Part shown: positions 40,185-50,825 of the stretch, one piece after another
Layout of the letters: each line of letters opens with the position of its first letter
Position numbering within the stretch: the stretch's first letter is position 1
Assembly: GCA_020832105.1 (NCBI GenBank)
Contig: JAFIFH010000071.1
Coordinates: 6,364 to 70,363 of the forward strand
Source of the DNA: Idiomarina sp.
Lineage (GTDB): Bacteria; Pseudomonadota; Gammaproteobacteria; Enterobacterales; Alteromonadaceae
Reading direction: 5' to 3'
DNA length: 64,000 nt
The notes under the pieces: model-generated
Databases searched by the model: none
What the model saw: only the letters and a program-made list of their open reading frames with translations
Told to the model about the DNA's origin: nothing
Made by a program: the position numbers and the translations under genes

Positions 40185-41375
40185 ATGAATTTGAATACAT
40201 GGCGCAACCTGCTCAGTGGTCTGGTGTTGGCAGGGCTTGTCAGCGCTTGTTCCAGTACTGAGGAGCCAGATTACGCAGAGCTTGGCGCAATTGATGAGCA
40301 GTTAAGCCCGTCGGTGGCGTGGACCTTTAACCTTGGCGATGGCAGTGATGAATTTTACAGCCGGCTGTCACCTGTGTATGCGGATGGCGTGCTCTACGCT
40401 GCCGACCGCCATGGCCGGGTGAGTGCGGTGAATGCCGACAACGGTCGTCGTGTGTGGCAGGCTGACTTGTCCCCAGACAAACCGTTTTCATTATTCAGTG
40501 TGTTTCGTAAGGGGCCTCCGGCACGTCTGTCCGGTGGTATCGTGCACGACAATGGCACCTTGTATCTGGGCAGTGAGAATGGTGAGTTATTCGCTCTCGA
40601 TGCCGCTAGCGGTGACGTAACCTGGCAGGTTTCTGTGCCCGGCGAAGTGATCTCAGCCCCGGCTGTGGGTGAAGGCTTTGTGATTGCGCATTTGGGTAAC
40701 GGCATGGTGGTCGCCCTTGATATGGCAAATGGCGAAGAGCGCTGGCGCCATGAAGAAGAAGTGCCAACTTTGTCGCTGCGGGGCTCTTCATCGCCGGTGA
40801 TCCAATCGGGTGGCGTTGTAGTCGGTACCAATAATGGCCGTGCGGCTGTATTGATTCTGGAAAACGGCCAGATTGCCTGGGACGATCGTCTGGTGGCACC
40901 TACCGGCGCAAGTGACCTGCAGCGCATGGTCGACATTGACGCGTCGCCTGTCGTACGCGGTGAAAACGTATACATGCTGGCGTATAACGGTGAATTGATT
41001 GCGTTGGAATTGCGTACCGGAGACGTGCTTTGGCGCCGGGACTACGCCGGCTATCGCACGCCACAAGTGACCGCTTCACGGATCTTTTTAACGACTCAGC
41101 GTAGCCATATTGCGGCATTAGATCGGATCAATGGTAATGAGCGCTGGCGCAACAATGAGCTGTATGGGCGCAGCCTGACAGAAGTCGCGGTGATGCCGAA
41201 TCACTTAGTCAGCGCCGACCGGTTTGGTGTTGTGCATTGGTTTGACCGTGAGTCAGGTCAGTTGGTCGGGCGTCATGAAGTACGTAGAGATACCATTCAG
41301 GTAGCTCCGATCAGAGTTAATGACAAAGTCATTATTCAAACGAACAAGGGTCGTTTGATCGCACTGAGCTACTAA
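40185..41375 (+). CDS. bamB: Outer membrane protein assembly factor BamB
   Basis: Lipobox LVSAC. PQQ-like beta-propeller repeats (GTLYLGSENGELFALDAASGDVTWQ and related). Confidence 0.85.
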   Translation: MNLNTWRNLLSGLVLAGLVSACSSTEEPDYAELGAIDEQLSPSVAWTFNLGDGSDEFYSRLSPVYADGVLYAADRHGRVSAVNADNGRRVWQADLSPDKPFSLFSVFRKGPPARLSGGIVHDNGTLYLGSENGELFALDAASGDVTWQVSVPGEVISAPAVGEGFVIAHLGNGMVVALDMANGEERWRHEEEVPTLSLRGSSSPVIQSGGVVVGTNNGRAAVLILENGQIAWDDRLVAPTGASDLQRMVDIDASPVVRGENVYMLAYNGELIALELRTGDVLWRRDYAGYRTPQVTASRIFLTTQRSHIAALDRINGNERWRNNELYGRSLTEVAVMPNHLVSADRFGVVHWFDRESGQLVGRHEVRRDTIQVAPIRVNDKVIIQTNKGRLIALSY

Positions 41376-41427
41376 GCTCGGCACGCTATTTTCCACTGCG
41401 CTCATGATGAGCTGGCAAGTGGTGTTG

Positions 41428-41454
41428 CAGGGTTGGCCGTGATGGCCAGCCCTG
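41428..41454 (+). terminator. Hairpin after bamB (11-bp stem, weak U-tract)
   Basis: CAGGGTTGGCC-GTGAT-GGCCAGCCCTG with one G-U pair. Confidence 0.35.
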
Positions 41455-41489
41455 TCGTATTGTACGTTACGCTATTTTAAGGATATTTG

Positions 41490-42935
41490 ATGCTTCCGGT
41501 GGTTGCACTGGTGGGGCGCCCAAATGTGGGCAAATCCACATTATTTAATCGTCTTACGCACTCGCGTGATGCTCTAGTTGCGGATTTTCCGGGGTTAACC
41601 CGTGACCGTAAGTACGGCCAGGCGAAGTACGACGGTTACCAGTTTATTGTTATTGACACCGGTGGTATTCAAGGCGATGAACAGGGCATTGATGTGCATA
41701 TGGCGAAGCAGTCATTACAGGCCATTGATGAAGCTGACATCGTCCTGTTCCTGGTGGACGCCCGTGATGGGGTGACCGCAGCAGATATTGGTATCGCGGA
41801 CCATTTGCGTAAGCAGAACAAAGAAGTCTGGGTTGTTGCCAATAAAATCGATGGCCTGGATGCGGACTCTGCAGGCGCTGACTTTTATCAGTTAGGTCTT
41901 GGCGAGATATATCACATTGCCGCAGCCCATGGCCGCGGCGTGCAGCAGCTGCTGAACCGCACCCTGGACCCTTTGCGCGAGGCCTACCCTGACGTTATCG
42001 CCCCACCACCTGAGTCTCGTGATGAAGACGAAGAGGGGATGATTCGCCAGGCCGAGTATTACGCAGACAAGCCGATTAAGATTGCGATTGTCGGTCGCCC
42101 GAATGTGGGTAAGTCGACGTTAACCAACCGCCTGTTGGGTGAAGAACGGGTGGTGGTCTACGACCAGCCTGGCACGACCCGGGACAGTATTTACATTGAC
42201 ATGGAGCGTGACGATCAGAAGTATGTGCTGATCGACACCGCTGGGGTGCGTAAACGTGGGCGTATCGACTTAGCAGTTGAAAAGTTCTCGGTGATTAAAA
42301 CCCTGCAAGCGATTGAAGATGCGAACGTGGTGATGCTGGTCATCGATGCCCGTGATCAGATTAGCGACCAGGATTTGAGCCTGCTGGGTTTTGCGCTGAA
42401 CGCAGGCCGTTCTATCGTCATCACAGTGAACAAATGGGATGGTTTGGATAACGACGCTAAAGACTGGATCAAGCAAGAGCTCGACCGTCGCTTAGGCTTT
42501 GTTGATTTTGCCCGCATTCACTTTATTTCTGCGTTACATGGCACCAACGTGGGGCACTTGTTCGGCTCGGTGAAAGAGGCTTATCAGTCCGCCACCCAGC
42601 GAGTGAATACCGCACAGCTGACTCAGATCATGGAAATGGCCCAGGAAGAGCACCAACCGCCGCTGGTTCGTGGGCGTCGGGTCAAGCTTAAGTATGCCCA
42701 TGCCGGTGGTTATAACCCACCATTGGTGGTGATTCACGGTAACCAGGTGAGTTCGTTACCTAATACCTACAAGCGCTATCTAATGAATTATTTCCGTCGC
42801 GCATTAAAAGTGATGGGAACGCCAATTAAGGTAGAGTTTAGAGAGGGTGCAAACCCCTTTGAAGGCAAGCGCAACAAGTTGACTTTGTCACAGCAGCGCA
42901 AGCGCAAACGGATGCTGCGCCACGTGAAGAAGTAA
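41490..42935 (+). CDS. der: Ribosome-associated GTPase Der (EngA)
   Basis: [22 protein letters not shown], and a second G domain [16 protein letters not shown]-like C-terminus. Confidence 0.95.
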   Translation: MLPVVALVGRPNVGKSTLFNRLTHSRDALVADFPGLTRDRKYGQAKYDGYQFIVIDTGGIQGDEQGIDVHMAKQSLQAIDEADIVLFLVDARDGVTAADIGIADHLRKQNKEVWVVANKIDGLDADSAGADFYQLGLGEIYHIAAAHGRGVQQLLNRTLDPLREAYPDVIAPPPESRDEDEEGMIRQAEYYADKPIKIAIVGRPNVGKSTLTNRLLGEERVVVYDQPGTTRDSIYIDMERDDQKYVLIDTAGVRKRGRIDLAVEKFSVIKTLQAIEDANVVMLVIDARDQISDQDLSLLGFALNAGRSIVITVNKWDGLDNDAKDWIKQELDRRLGFVDFARIHFISALHGTNVGHLFGSVKEAYQSATQRVNTAQLTQIMEMAQEEHQPPLVRGRRVKLKYAHAGGYNPPLVVIHGNQVSSLPNTYKRYLMNYFRRALKVMGTPIKVEFREGANPFEGKRNKLTLSQQRKRKRMLRHVKK

Positions 42936-42956
42936 GTGGATAAGAAATAAATGAAC

Positions 42957-42990
42957 AAGGGCATGCATTGGCATGCCCTTGTTGTTTTTA
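42957..42990 (+). terminator. Rho-independent terminator after der
   Basis: ACAAGGGCATG-CATTGG-CATGCCCTTGT followed by TGTTTTT. Overlaps the hslO stop. Confidence 0.6.
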
Positions 42991-43863
42991 CTGCAGAGGA
43001 TCCTGCTGGTGCCCCTGAATGGCGGCCAGATCACTTTCGTCGTACACATAATCGTTAAGACAGTAATCACAGGTCAGGCGAATTTCGCCGTCACTTTGAA
43101 TAATCTCTTTCAATTCCGCCACCGGCACACTGTATAACGCGCTCATGCTGCGATCATGGGAGCAGCCACAGAAAAACCGCACCGCCATGGGCTCGTACAC
43201 AATCACGTCATCTTCATGATACAAACGGTGCAGGACCACATTGGCTTCAAGTTGAGTCAGCTCGTCGGCGGTGATGGTGTCAGTCAGAGTTGCCAGATGA
43301 GTGAAACCACGCGCAGACTCGTCGTCCGCCTCAGGCTGCCCGGGTAGTGCCTGCAGCAACAAGCCGCCAACCCGCTCTGCATTCGCATGTAACCAGACGC
43401 GGGTACGTAGCTGCTCTGACTGGGTAAAATAACGCTCTACCGCGGCAGCAAGCCCCGGGTCGGTGGCTTTCACTTCGACCACGCCCTGATAACGTTCGCC
43501 GTCATCCGGGCTTAAGGTAATGATCAAATAGGCTTTGTCACCAACCAGTTCAGCGAAGCTGTGCTCGTTTAAGTCACGGGTTAAACGAGCCACCCCACGT
43601 AACTCTTGCTGCTGGCTGCCATTCACCGTGGCAAAGTTCAATGCACCATTGCCTTGGAGTTGCAGGTTAATGTGGCCCTCAAACTTAAGGGTGGCGCTGA
43701 GCAGGCTGGTAACCGCCATCAGCTGGCCTAGTAAATCACGCACATACTCCGGGTAGTCGTGGCCCTCGACCAGGCGCTGGTAACTTTTTTCTAGTTGCAC
43801 AAGCTCGCCACGCACGGGTGCGTTGGCGAATGTATATCGGATTAAGCTGTCAGCTGATTGCAC
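42988..43863 (-). CDS. hslO: Redox-regulated chaperone Hsp33
   Basis: 291 aa. C-terminal zinc centre FFCGCS ... CDYC. Confidence 0.9.
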   Translation of the reverse strand: MQSADSLIRYTFANAPVRGELVQLEKSYQRLVEGHDYPEYVRDLLGQLMAVTSLLSATLKFEGHINLQLQGNGALNFATVNGSQQQELRGVARLTRDLNEHSFAELVGDKAYLIITLSPDDGERYQGVVEVKATDPGLAAAVERYFTQSEQLRTRVWLHANAERVGGLLLQALPGQPEADDESARGFTHLATLTDTITADELTQLEANVVLHRLYHEDDVIVYEPMAVRFFCGCSHDRSMSALYSVPVAELKEIIQSDGEIRLTCDYCLNDYVYDESDLAAIQGHQQDPLQ

Positions 43864-43872
43864 ACAAAACCT

Positions 43873-44274
43873 CTACTGCTGTTTGAACTTGATTATGTCG
43901 CGGCGCTGCTTTTTATCAGGGCGACCGTCAGGGTGGGGATTATATAACGCATTGGCTTTACGTGCTGTAGCATTTTCCTCCCGGCGCTTGATACTCGCAG
44001 GCGTTTCCTCATAGAGGCTTTGCGCTTCAGGTGCACCGCGGCGCTGCTCACTGAGCCCGACTACCACCACTTCAATGCGCTCCGGGCCACGGGGAATCAA
44101 CAACGTAGCCTGTAGCTCAACGCTCTTCGAAGGCTTACTGCGTTGGCCATTATAACTCACTTTACCGGCTTGGATGGCCTGGCGGGCAAGGGCGCGGGTT
44201 TTAAAAAATCGTGCAGCCCATAACCATTTATCGAGGCGCACCGCTTTGCTTTGTTGGGTCGCTGGGGAACTCAT
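43873..44274 (-). CDS. hslR: Ribosome-associated heat shock protein Hsp15 (S4 domain)
   Basis: Start at internal Met (44274): MSSPATQQSKAVRLDKWLWAARFFKTRALA. Confidence 0.85.
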   Translation of the reverse strand: MSSPATQQSKAVRLDKWLWAARFFKTRALARQAIQAGKVSYNGQRSKPSKSVELQATLLIPRGPERIEVVVVGLSEQRRGAPEAQSLYEETPASIKRREENATARKANALYNPHPDGRPDKKQRRDIIKFKQQ

Positions 44275-44502
44275 GGCAATCCTCTTCGTCTGATACTGAG
44301 CGATTCGGGTTTCATTGGCGTAGTTATATTGTAACATAGGGCCATTGTTAAACCTTACTGTTGACTATTTGTTGCTAACCCTTCTGTTCGCAGGCTAGAA
44401 TGGCGCAGGCTGGTGCAAAAAGCCGATGCGTTAATATCTGAAGATATCAATGGATGCGGTCGCCGGGATACGGTGCACACTCAGCCAATATAAAATTCTT
44501 GA

Positions 44503-44538
44503 AACGATAATTATAACGATAACTATAACGATACATAA
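44503..44538 (+). repeat. Three tandem 12-bp direct repeats AACGATAA(T/C)TAT / AACGATACATAA abutting the gspC start
   Basis: Read directly: AACGATAATTAT AACGATAACTAT AACGATACATAA. Confidence 0.8.
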
Positions 44539-44539
44539 T

Positions 44540-45442
44540 GTGCAGTTAATTCAATCCAGAATCCAACAACAGTTTACCCCAAAGCGTCAGCGCGTTGCAG
44601 CGATGGTGCTCGCGTGGCTATTTATTCTTATCGCTATCTGGTGGCTGGCGCTGCTAACCTGGCGCTTGCTGACCCCAGCCGATACCTTGGTGGTGGCTCC
44701 CGCACAAAATCAAGCGCGCCTGGCGCAGGCTTCGACCAATGTGCGAGCGATTCAACAGCTTAATATCTTTGGCGATCGCGCCGCTGTGGACGCGCAGCAA
44801 GAGGACGCTTTGGATGCCCCTGAAACCACGCTCAATGTGCGTTTAGTGGGCTTAGTAGCGAGTGCAAATCCGCAGCGTTCAGCGGCGATTATCGAACAAT
44901 CGGGTAGCCAGCAAACCTATATCATTGGTGAGCGTATCGGCAATAGTCGCGCGACGGTGGAGCAAATACTGCCAGATCGTGTGTTACTGGACAACGGTGG
45001 GCGCCGGGAGGTCTTGTATATGGAAGGCCGAGATGGTTCTGAGGCGCAATTACGTATGTTTAGCGCTAGCGCCAATGAAGATGCGCAACCGCGCCAGTCG
45101 ACGCAACCTACCCGGGTCGACACGCGTGGTAATCAGCAGGTGGCGGAAGCGGTGGCTTCCGCGCGCGAGAACCCTGCGATGATCATGGAAATTATTAATA
45201 TCAGCCCGGTGCGTGATGGCCAGCAAATTACTGGTTATCAGTTGCAACCGCGCGAAGACCGGGAGCTTTTTGCAGCATTAGGCCTGCAAGCCGGCGACAT
45301 AGCCGTGGCTATCAATGGCTACGATTTGACTGACCCTGCGCAAGCACTGGCTGCGATGAACGAGCTTCAGGATTCATCACGGGCCATTATTCAGGTGCGA
45401 CGGGGCAACGACATTATCGACCTGGAACTACAGGTTCCTTAG
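44540..45442 (+). CDS. gspC: Type II secretion system protein C
   Basis: ORF 44450..45442. GTG at 44540 is preferred, giving about 20 aa before TM helix MVLAWLFILIAIWWLALLTW. HR domain and C-terminal PDZ-like region (GLQAGDIAVAINGYDL). Confidence 0.7.
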   Translation: MQLIQSRIQQQFTPKRQRVAAMVLAWLFILIAIWWLALLTWRLLTPADTLVVAPAQNQARLAQASTNVRAIQQLNIFGDRAAVDAQQEDALDAPETTLNVRLVGLVASANPQRSAAIIEQSGSQQTYIIGERIGNSRATVEQILPDRVLLDNGGRREVLYMEGRDGSEAQLRMFSASANEDAQPRQSTQPTRVDTRGNQQVAEAVASARENPAMIMEIINISPVRDGQQITGYQLQPREDRELFAALGLQAGDIAVAINGYDLTDPAQALAAMNELQDSSRAIIQVRRGNDIIDLELQVP

Positions 45443-45459
45443 CGCTAACAGGTGTAAGC

Positions 45460-47667
45460 ATGCGGATTTTACGACCCAAACTAATAACAACAATAACCAG
45501 CGCGCTGCTCCTTGCGGGCCTTGCGATGACGCCTTTGGCAATGGCCATGCAAAGTACCCAACAAAGCCAGAATGCCGAACGCAGCAACGCAGAGGACGAA
45601 GGTGAATTTTCTGCCTCGTTTAATAACACCGATATCAATGAATTTATTCAAACGGTTAGTCGCAATTTAGAAAAAACCATTGTGGTTCACCCGGAGGTGC
45701 GCGGGCGCATCAATGTGCGCAGTTATGATGTGTTAAATCGCCGCCAGTATTACCAGTTTTTTCTTGATGTACTTGAGGTCTATAGCTACGCAGTGGTTGA
45801 ATCCGACAACGGTACCCTGCGCGTGATTCGTGATCGCGATGCACGTAATGCGGCGCTGCCGGTTGTAGATGACGGTAGCCATTCCGGCGCGTTAATGATT
45901 ACCCGTGTGGTCGCTGTTGAGAACGTCTCAGTGCGTGAACTGGCACCTTTGCTGCGTGGTCTGAACGATCAGTCCGGCGGTGGTAACGTGGTTAGCTACG
46001 ATCCCTCGAATGTGATCATGATCACTGGTCGTGCGTCTGTGGTGAACCGTTTGGTTGAAGTGATCGAGCGGGTCGACCAGGCAGGTGATCAGGACGTTGA
46101 GCGAATAGAGCTGGCGCATGCCTCTGCCGCTGAGATGGTGCGCATTGCTACCGCTATATTTATTCCACAAAGCTCAGGTAACACCCCCGAGCTTTTGATC
46201 CCGCGCATCGTGGCCGATGAGCGCACTAATAGCGTTTTGGTGAGCGGCGAGCCGCGGGTGCGTGCGCGGGTGATTCGCTTGATTGAAGAGCTTGATGCTG
46301 AGCTGGAAACCACCGGGAATACCCGGGTATTCTATTTGCGTTACGCCAAAGCCGAGGAAATGGTCGACGTGTTGCGCGGTATGACCGACACGATGATCGC
46401 TGAGGAAGAGCGGCAAAGCCAGACGCAAGGTGCCACAGGTAGTGGCAACCAGCGCACCGGTGGCGCAACCCAGCGGCGCAGAACGGGCGATGAAGTCAGT
46501 ATCCAGTCGCATGAGAGCACTAACTCCCTAATCGTGACGGCTCAGCCTGCGCTGATCCGTGCCATCGAGGATGTGGTACGCCAGCTCGATATCCGCCGTG
46601 CGCAGGTGCTGGTGGAGGCCATTATTGTCGAAGTCTTTGAAGGCGACGGGCTTAATTTTGGCATGCAGTGGCTAAGTGAAGATTTCGGCTTAATGCAGCA
46701 CAATAACGGCAACCTGGTGCCACTGGGGCAAATCGGTATTGCCGCAGAAGCAGCGCGTACCGAACCGGGTACCGTCACCGAGCGTATCGGTAATGATGGT
46801 AACCTGGTAACCACCCGTGAACCGGACCGTCGAGGTGATTTCAGCCTTGCTGCTCAGTTACTTAGCCAGGCCAACGGTCTGTTACTGGGCACGGTCCAGG
46901 ACGGTTGGGGCGCGGTACTGCAGGCGGTCTCTACCAACACCAACTCAAACATTCTTTCGGCGCCAAGTATTACCACGCTGGATAACCAGGAAGCGAACTT
47001 CCTGGTTGGTCAGGACGTACCAACGATCACCGGTGCCACCGCAGGGTCGAACAATGACAATCCATTCCAGACCGTTGACCGACGTGAGATCGGTATTCGT
47101 TTGCGGGTCACGCCACAAATTAACGAAGGCGACTCAGTGCAGCTGGTGATTGAACAGGAAGTATCGAGCCTGGCCGGTGCCACCAGTGTGGATATCACCA
47201 TTAATAAACGTGAATTAACCACCACAGTGCTTGCCCGTGACGGCGAAACCATTGTGTTAGGTGGCTTAATTGATGAAGACGTGCAGGAGAGTCTGTCAAA
47301 GGTACCAATTCTCGGTGATATTCCTATCCTAGGTCACTTATTCAAATCTACCAGTGTGACGACGCGTAAACGTAACCTGATGGTATTTATTCGGCCGACT
47401 ATTATTCGTGATGATGCACGTATGGACGAGCTGAGTAGCCGGAAATATAGCTACATTCGTGCACAGCAGTTAGAGCAGCGCGAGCGCGGTCTGTCGTTGC
47501 GTCAGAATTCACGTATCCCGGTATTACCTGAATGGGACGAGCACAACTTCCTGCCGCCAGGCTTTGAGCAGTATCTTGAGCGTGAAGAAATCGACGAAGA
47601 GCCGCCCGAGCGTGAAGACGAAGAAGCAGCGCGTCGCAACGAAGCATTGCTGGACGATGGAGCATAA
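45460..47667 (+). CDS. gspD: Type II secretion system secretin GspD
   Basis: 735 aa. Signal peptide, N0-N3 domains, secretin core (LSAPSITTLDNQEANFLVGQDVP, VPILGDIPILGHLFKS). Confidence 0.9.
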   Translation: MRILRPKLITTITSALLLAGLAMTPLAMAMQSTQQSQNAERSNAEDEGEFSASFNNTDINEFIQTVSRNLEKTIVVHPEVRGRINVRSYDVLNRRQYYQFFLDVLEVYSYAVVESDNGTLRVIRDRDARNAALPVVDDGSHSGALMITRVVAVENVSVRELAPLLRGLNDQSGGGNVVSYDPSNVIMITGRASVVNRLVEVIERVDQAGDQDVERIELAHASAAEMVRIATAIFIPQSSGNTPELLIPRIVADERTNSVLVSGEPRVRARVIRLIEELDAELETTGNTRVFYLRYAKAEEMVDVLRGMTDTMIAEEERQSQTQGATGSGNQRTGGATQRRRTGDEVSIQSHESTNSLIVTAQPALIRAIEDVVRQLDIRRAQVLVEAIIVEVFEGDGLNFGMQWLSEDFGLMQHNNGNLVPLGQIGIAAEAARTEPGTVTERIGNDGNLVTTREPDRRGDFSLAAQLLSQANGLLLGTVQDGWGAVLQAVSTNTNSNILSAPSITTLDNQEANFLVGQDVPTITGATAGSNNDNPFQTVDRREIGIRLRVTPQINEGDSVQLVIEQEVSSLAGATSVDITINKRELTTTVLARDGETIVLGGLIDEDVQESLSKVPILGDIPILGHLFKSTSVTTRKRNLMVFIRPTIIRDDARMDELSSRKYSYIRAQQLEQRERGLSLRQNSRIPVLPEWDEHNFLPPGFEQYLEREEIDEEPPEREDEEAARRNEALLDDGA

Positions 47668-47670
47668 ACC

Positions 47671-49161
47671 ATGAATGAAGCGGCAATGCCCCTATTTACC
47701 CGTTTGCCTTTCGCCTTTGCTAAACGCAATGGCGTGGTGCTGATGCAAACGGAAGATCAGCTGGTGGTGCATTGTCGACCTACGGTTACGCCCCATGCAC
47801 TGCACGAAGTGAGACGTCTGGTGGGGCGTTCATACCGGGTTGAGCGCCATGACGAGGCAGAATTCGATGCCTTGCTGACCCGTGCGTATCAGCGTGACTC
47901 ATCCGAGGCTAAACAGTTGATGGAAGACATCGGCAACGAGGTCAATCTGTTTTCGCTGGCGGACGAGATGCCGCAAACCGAAGATTTATTGGAAAGTGAG
48001 GACGACGCGCCCATTATCAAACTGATCAATGCGATGTTGAGTGAAGCCATCAAAGAAGGCGCCTCTGACATTCATATTGAGACCTTTGAAAAAGACCTGT
48101 TGATACGCTTTCGGATTGACGGCGTTCTACGTGAGATTTTGCGGCCTAATCGTAAGTTGGCGTCATTGCTGGTGTCGCGGATTAAGGTCATGGCGCAGCT
48201 TGATATCGCTGAAAAACGTTTGCCTCAGGATGGTCGTATCTCGCTGTTGATAGCCGGTCGTGCTGTGGATGTGCGGGTTTCAACCATGCCCTCTGCCCAT
48301 GGTGAGCGGGTGGTACTGCGATTGTTAGATAAAAACAATGCACGCCTGCAGCTCGAGCAACTCGGTATGACCCTGGCAAATCGACAAGTGTTTGCTGAGC
48401 TGATTCAAAAACCGCACGGTATTATTCTGGTTACCGGGCCTACAGGCTCTGGTAAAAGTACGACGTTGTACGCGGGTTTAAGCGAAATTAATTCGAAAGA
48501 CCGCAATATTCTCACGGTTGAAGACCCTATCGAGTATGCCATTGAAGGGATTGGCCAGACCCAGGTCAATCCGCGGGTGGATATGACCTTTGCCCGCGGT
48601 TTGCGGGCGATTTTACGGCAAGACCCGGACGTGGTCATGGTAGGTGAGATTCGTGACGCAGAAACCGCTCAAATTGGTGTGCAGGCGAGTTTAACCGGTC
48701 ACCTGGTGTTATCGACTTTACACACCAATACTGCCGCAGGTGCAATTACCCGCCTTGAAGATATGGGCATCGAGCCGTTTCTACTGTCGTCCAGTTTGCT
48801 CGCCGTGTTATCTCAGCGCCTGGTCAGAACCCTGTGCCCGGATTGTCGCCAGCCGTATCAGCCAAGTGCAGAAGAGCGTGAGATGCTGTTGCTCCCTGCG
48901 GACGCGCCGCAGCCGACCATCTACCGTGCAGTGGGATGTGAAAAATGTACCCACACTGGCTATCGCGGGCGTACCGGTATTCATGAAATGCTGGTGGTTG
49001 ATGAGACTATTCGTAGCCATGTGCATAATGGTCATGGCGAACAGGCCATTGAAAAGTATGCGCGGCAGAAATTCCCTAGTATCCGCCAGGACGGCCGTGA
49101 CAAAATTCTTGCAGGTATCACCACCTTAGAAGAAGTGTTACGGGTCACCCGCGAGGAGTAA
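47671..49161 (+). CDS. gspE: Type II secretion ATPase GspE
   Basis: 496 aa. Walker [11 protein letters not shown]. Tetracysteine CPDC...CEKC. Confidence 0.95.
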   Translation: MNEAAMPLFTRLPFAFAKRNGVVLMQTEDQLVVHCRPTVTPHALHEVRRLVGRSYRVERHDEAEFDALLTRAYQRDSSEAKQLMEDIGNEVNLFSLADEMPQTEDLLESEDDAPIIKLINAMLSEAIKEGASDIHIETFEKDLLIRFRIDGVLREILRPNRKLASLLVSRIKVMAQLDIAEKRLPQDGRISLLIAGRAVDVRVSTMPSAHGERVVLRLLDKNNARLQLEQLGMTLANRQVFAELIQKPHGIILVTGPTGSGKSTTLYAGLSEINSKDRNILTVEDPIEYAIEGIGQTQVNPRVDMTFARGLRAILRQDPDVVMVGEIRDAETAQIGVQASLTGHLVLSTLHTNTAAGAITRLEDMGIEPFLLSSSLLAVLSQRLVRTLCPDCRQPYQPSAEEREMLLLPADAPQPTIYRAVGCEKCTHTGYRGRTGIHEMLVVDETIRSHVHNGHGEQAIEKYARQKFPSIRQDGRDKILAGITTLEEVLRVTREE

Positions 49162-49164
49162 ACC

Positions 49165-50385
49165 ATGGCTGCATTTGAATACCAGGCCATGGATGCCAAA
49201 GGGCGCCGCAAAAAGGGCGTATTAGAGGCTGACAACGAGCGCCAGATCCGTCAACAGTTGCGTGAAAAAGGGCTGATTCCACTCACTATCAGCGAGGCCG
49301 CCGCCAGTGACAAAGGCCCGGCCACCAAACGCAGATTGTTCCAGGGTAAAGTCAGTGTTAGTGACCTTGCCTTAATATCACGTCAAATCGCAACGCTGGT
49401 CGCATCCGGCTTACCCATTGAACAATGCTTGCTGGCGGTTGCAGAGCAAACCGATAAACCGCGCCTGCAAAAAATGCTGATGTCGGTGCGCAGTAAAGTG
49501 GTGGAAGGTTATACCCTGGCTGAAGGCATGCGCGATTTCCCGCAGGTGTTTGATGAGCTGTATTGCGCGATGGTTGCTGCGGGGGAGAAGTCCGGGCACC
49601 TCGATGAAGTCCTCGAACGCCTCGCAGATTATACGGAACAACGCCAGCAGACCCGCAGTCAGATACAACAGGCGTCGGTGTACCCCGGCGTGTTGACCGT
49701 GGTTGCCATCGCGGTGATTGCCTTCTTGCTTGCCTCGGTGGTGCCGGAAATCGTCGATCAGTTTGCCGACCAGGGACAGGAATTGCCCGGGGTCACATTA
49801 TTCCTTATTGCGATCAGTAACTTTGTGCAAGACCACGGTTTGCTATTGGTGATTGCTATTATAGCGGCGGTTTTTGGCTTTAAAGCCGCTTTGCAACGAC
49901 CGAAATTTCGTTATGCGGTGCATCATAAAATGCTCTACATGCCATTTTTTGGGCGTATTATTAGAGGGATTAACACCGCAAGGTTTGCGCGCACGCTGAG
50001 TATCCTCACCGCATCAGCGGTACCGCTGCTGGATAGTTTAAAGATTACCGCGTCAGTGATGACCAATTTGCGCATGCGCGAGGTGGTGGAAGAAGCCTGT
50101 GACCGGGTACGCGAAGGGACCAGCCTGCGTGCATCCCTTGCCGACAGTAAGCTGTTTCCACCGATGATGCTGCACATGATTGCGTCAGGTGAAAAAAGCG
50201 GTGAACTGGAACAAATGCTCAAGCGTTGTGCAGATAACCAGGACAATGAGTTCTCGAACCTGGTCAACGTGAGCTTGAAGATTTTTGAACCTGCGCTGAT
50301 AGTGACCATGGCCGGCGTGGTGTTATTTATTGTACTTGCCATTATCCAACCGATACTGGCGCTTAACCAACAGGTAGGGTTGTAA
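49165..50385 (+). CDS. gspF: Type II secretion inner-membrane platform protein GspF
   Basis: 406 aa with duplicated GspF domains (MVAAGEKSGHLDEVL and MIASGEKSGELEQML). Confidence 0.95.
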   Translation: MAAFEYQAMDAKGRRKKGVLEADNERQIRQQLREKGLIPLTISEAAASDKGPATKRRLFQGKVSVSDLALISRQIATLVASGLPIEQCLLAVAEQTDKPRLQKMLMSVRSKVVEGYTLAEGMRDFPQVFDELYCAMVAAGEKSGHLDEVLERLADYTEQRQQTRSQIQQASVYPGVLTVVAIAVIAFLLASVVPEIVDQFADQGQELPGVTLFLIAISNFVQDHGLLLVIAIIAAVFGFKAALQRPKFRYAVHHKMLYMPFFGRIIRGINTARFARTLSILTASAVPLLDSLKITASVMTNLRMREVVEEACDRVREGTSLRASLADSKLFPPMMLHMIASGEKSGELEQMLKRCADNQDNEFSNLVNVSLKIFEPALIVTMAGVVLFIVLAIIQPILALNQQVGL

Positions 50386-50387
50386 CT

Positions 50388-50816
50388 ATGAAAATCAAAC
50401 AACAGGGTTTTTCACTGCTAGAGCTGATGGTGGTCCTCGTGATCCTCGGTATTCTGGCCAGTTTGGTGGTGCCGAACGTGATGGGTAGTCGCGACGATGG
50501 CGAGCGCCAGAAAGTGATCTCAGATATTGTTGCACTGGAAAATGCGTTAGATATGTATCGCCTGGATAACGGCGTGTATCCAACCACCGAGCAGGGCCTG
50601 GAAGCGCTGGTATATGAGCCACGCATCGATCCACAGCCGCGCCGCTATCGTGAAGGCGGCTACATTCGCCGTTTGCCTACAGACCCTTGGGGTAACGAGT
50701 ACCAGTTGCTTAACCCGGGTGAGCATGGGCGCGTGGATATCTTTTCGTTTGGCCCTGACGGCCAGCCTGGCACCGATGATGACATGGGTAACTGGAACCT
50801 GCATGAGTACCAGTAG
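50388..50816 (+). CDS. gspG: Major pseudopilin GspG
   Basis: QQGFSLLELMVVLVILGIL prepilin motif. DPWGNEYQLLNPGEHG. Confidence 0.95.
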   Translation: MKIKQQGFSLLELMVVLVILGILASLVVPNVMGSRDDGERQKVISDIVALENALDMYRLDNGVYPTTEQGLEALVYEPRIDPQPRRYREGGYIRRLPTDPWGNEYQLLNPGEHGRVDIFSFGPDGQPGTDDDMGNWNLHEYQ

Positions 50817-50825
50817 CCATTGCCG

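Noticed and set aside
44450-44539. Upstream ATG start for gspC giving MDAVAGIRCTLSQYKILETIIITITITIHN...
   Set aside because: The extension is a translation of the 12-bp tandem repeats (ITITITI). It would add about 50 residues before the TM helix, unlike known GspC proteins. The GTG at 44540 is preferred but unproven.
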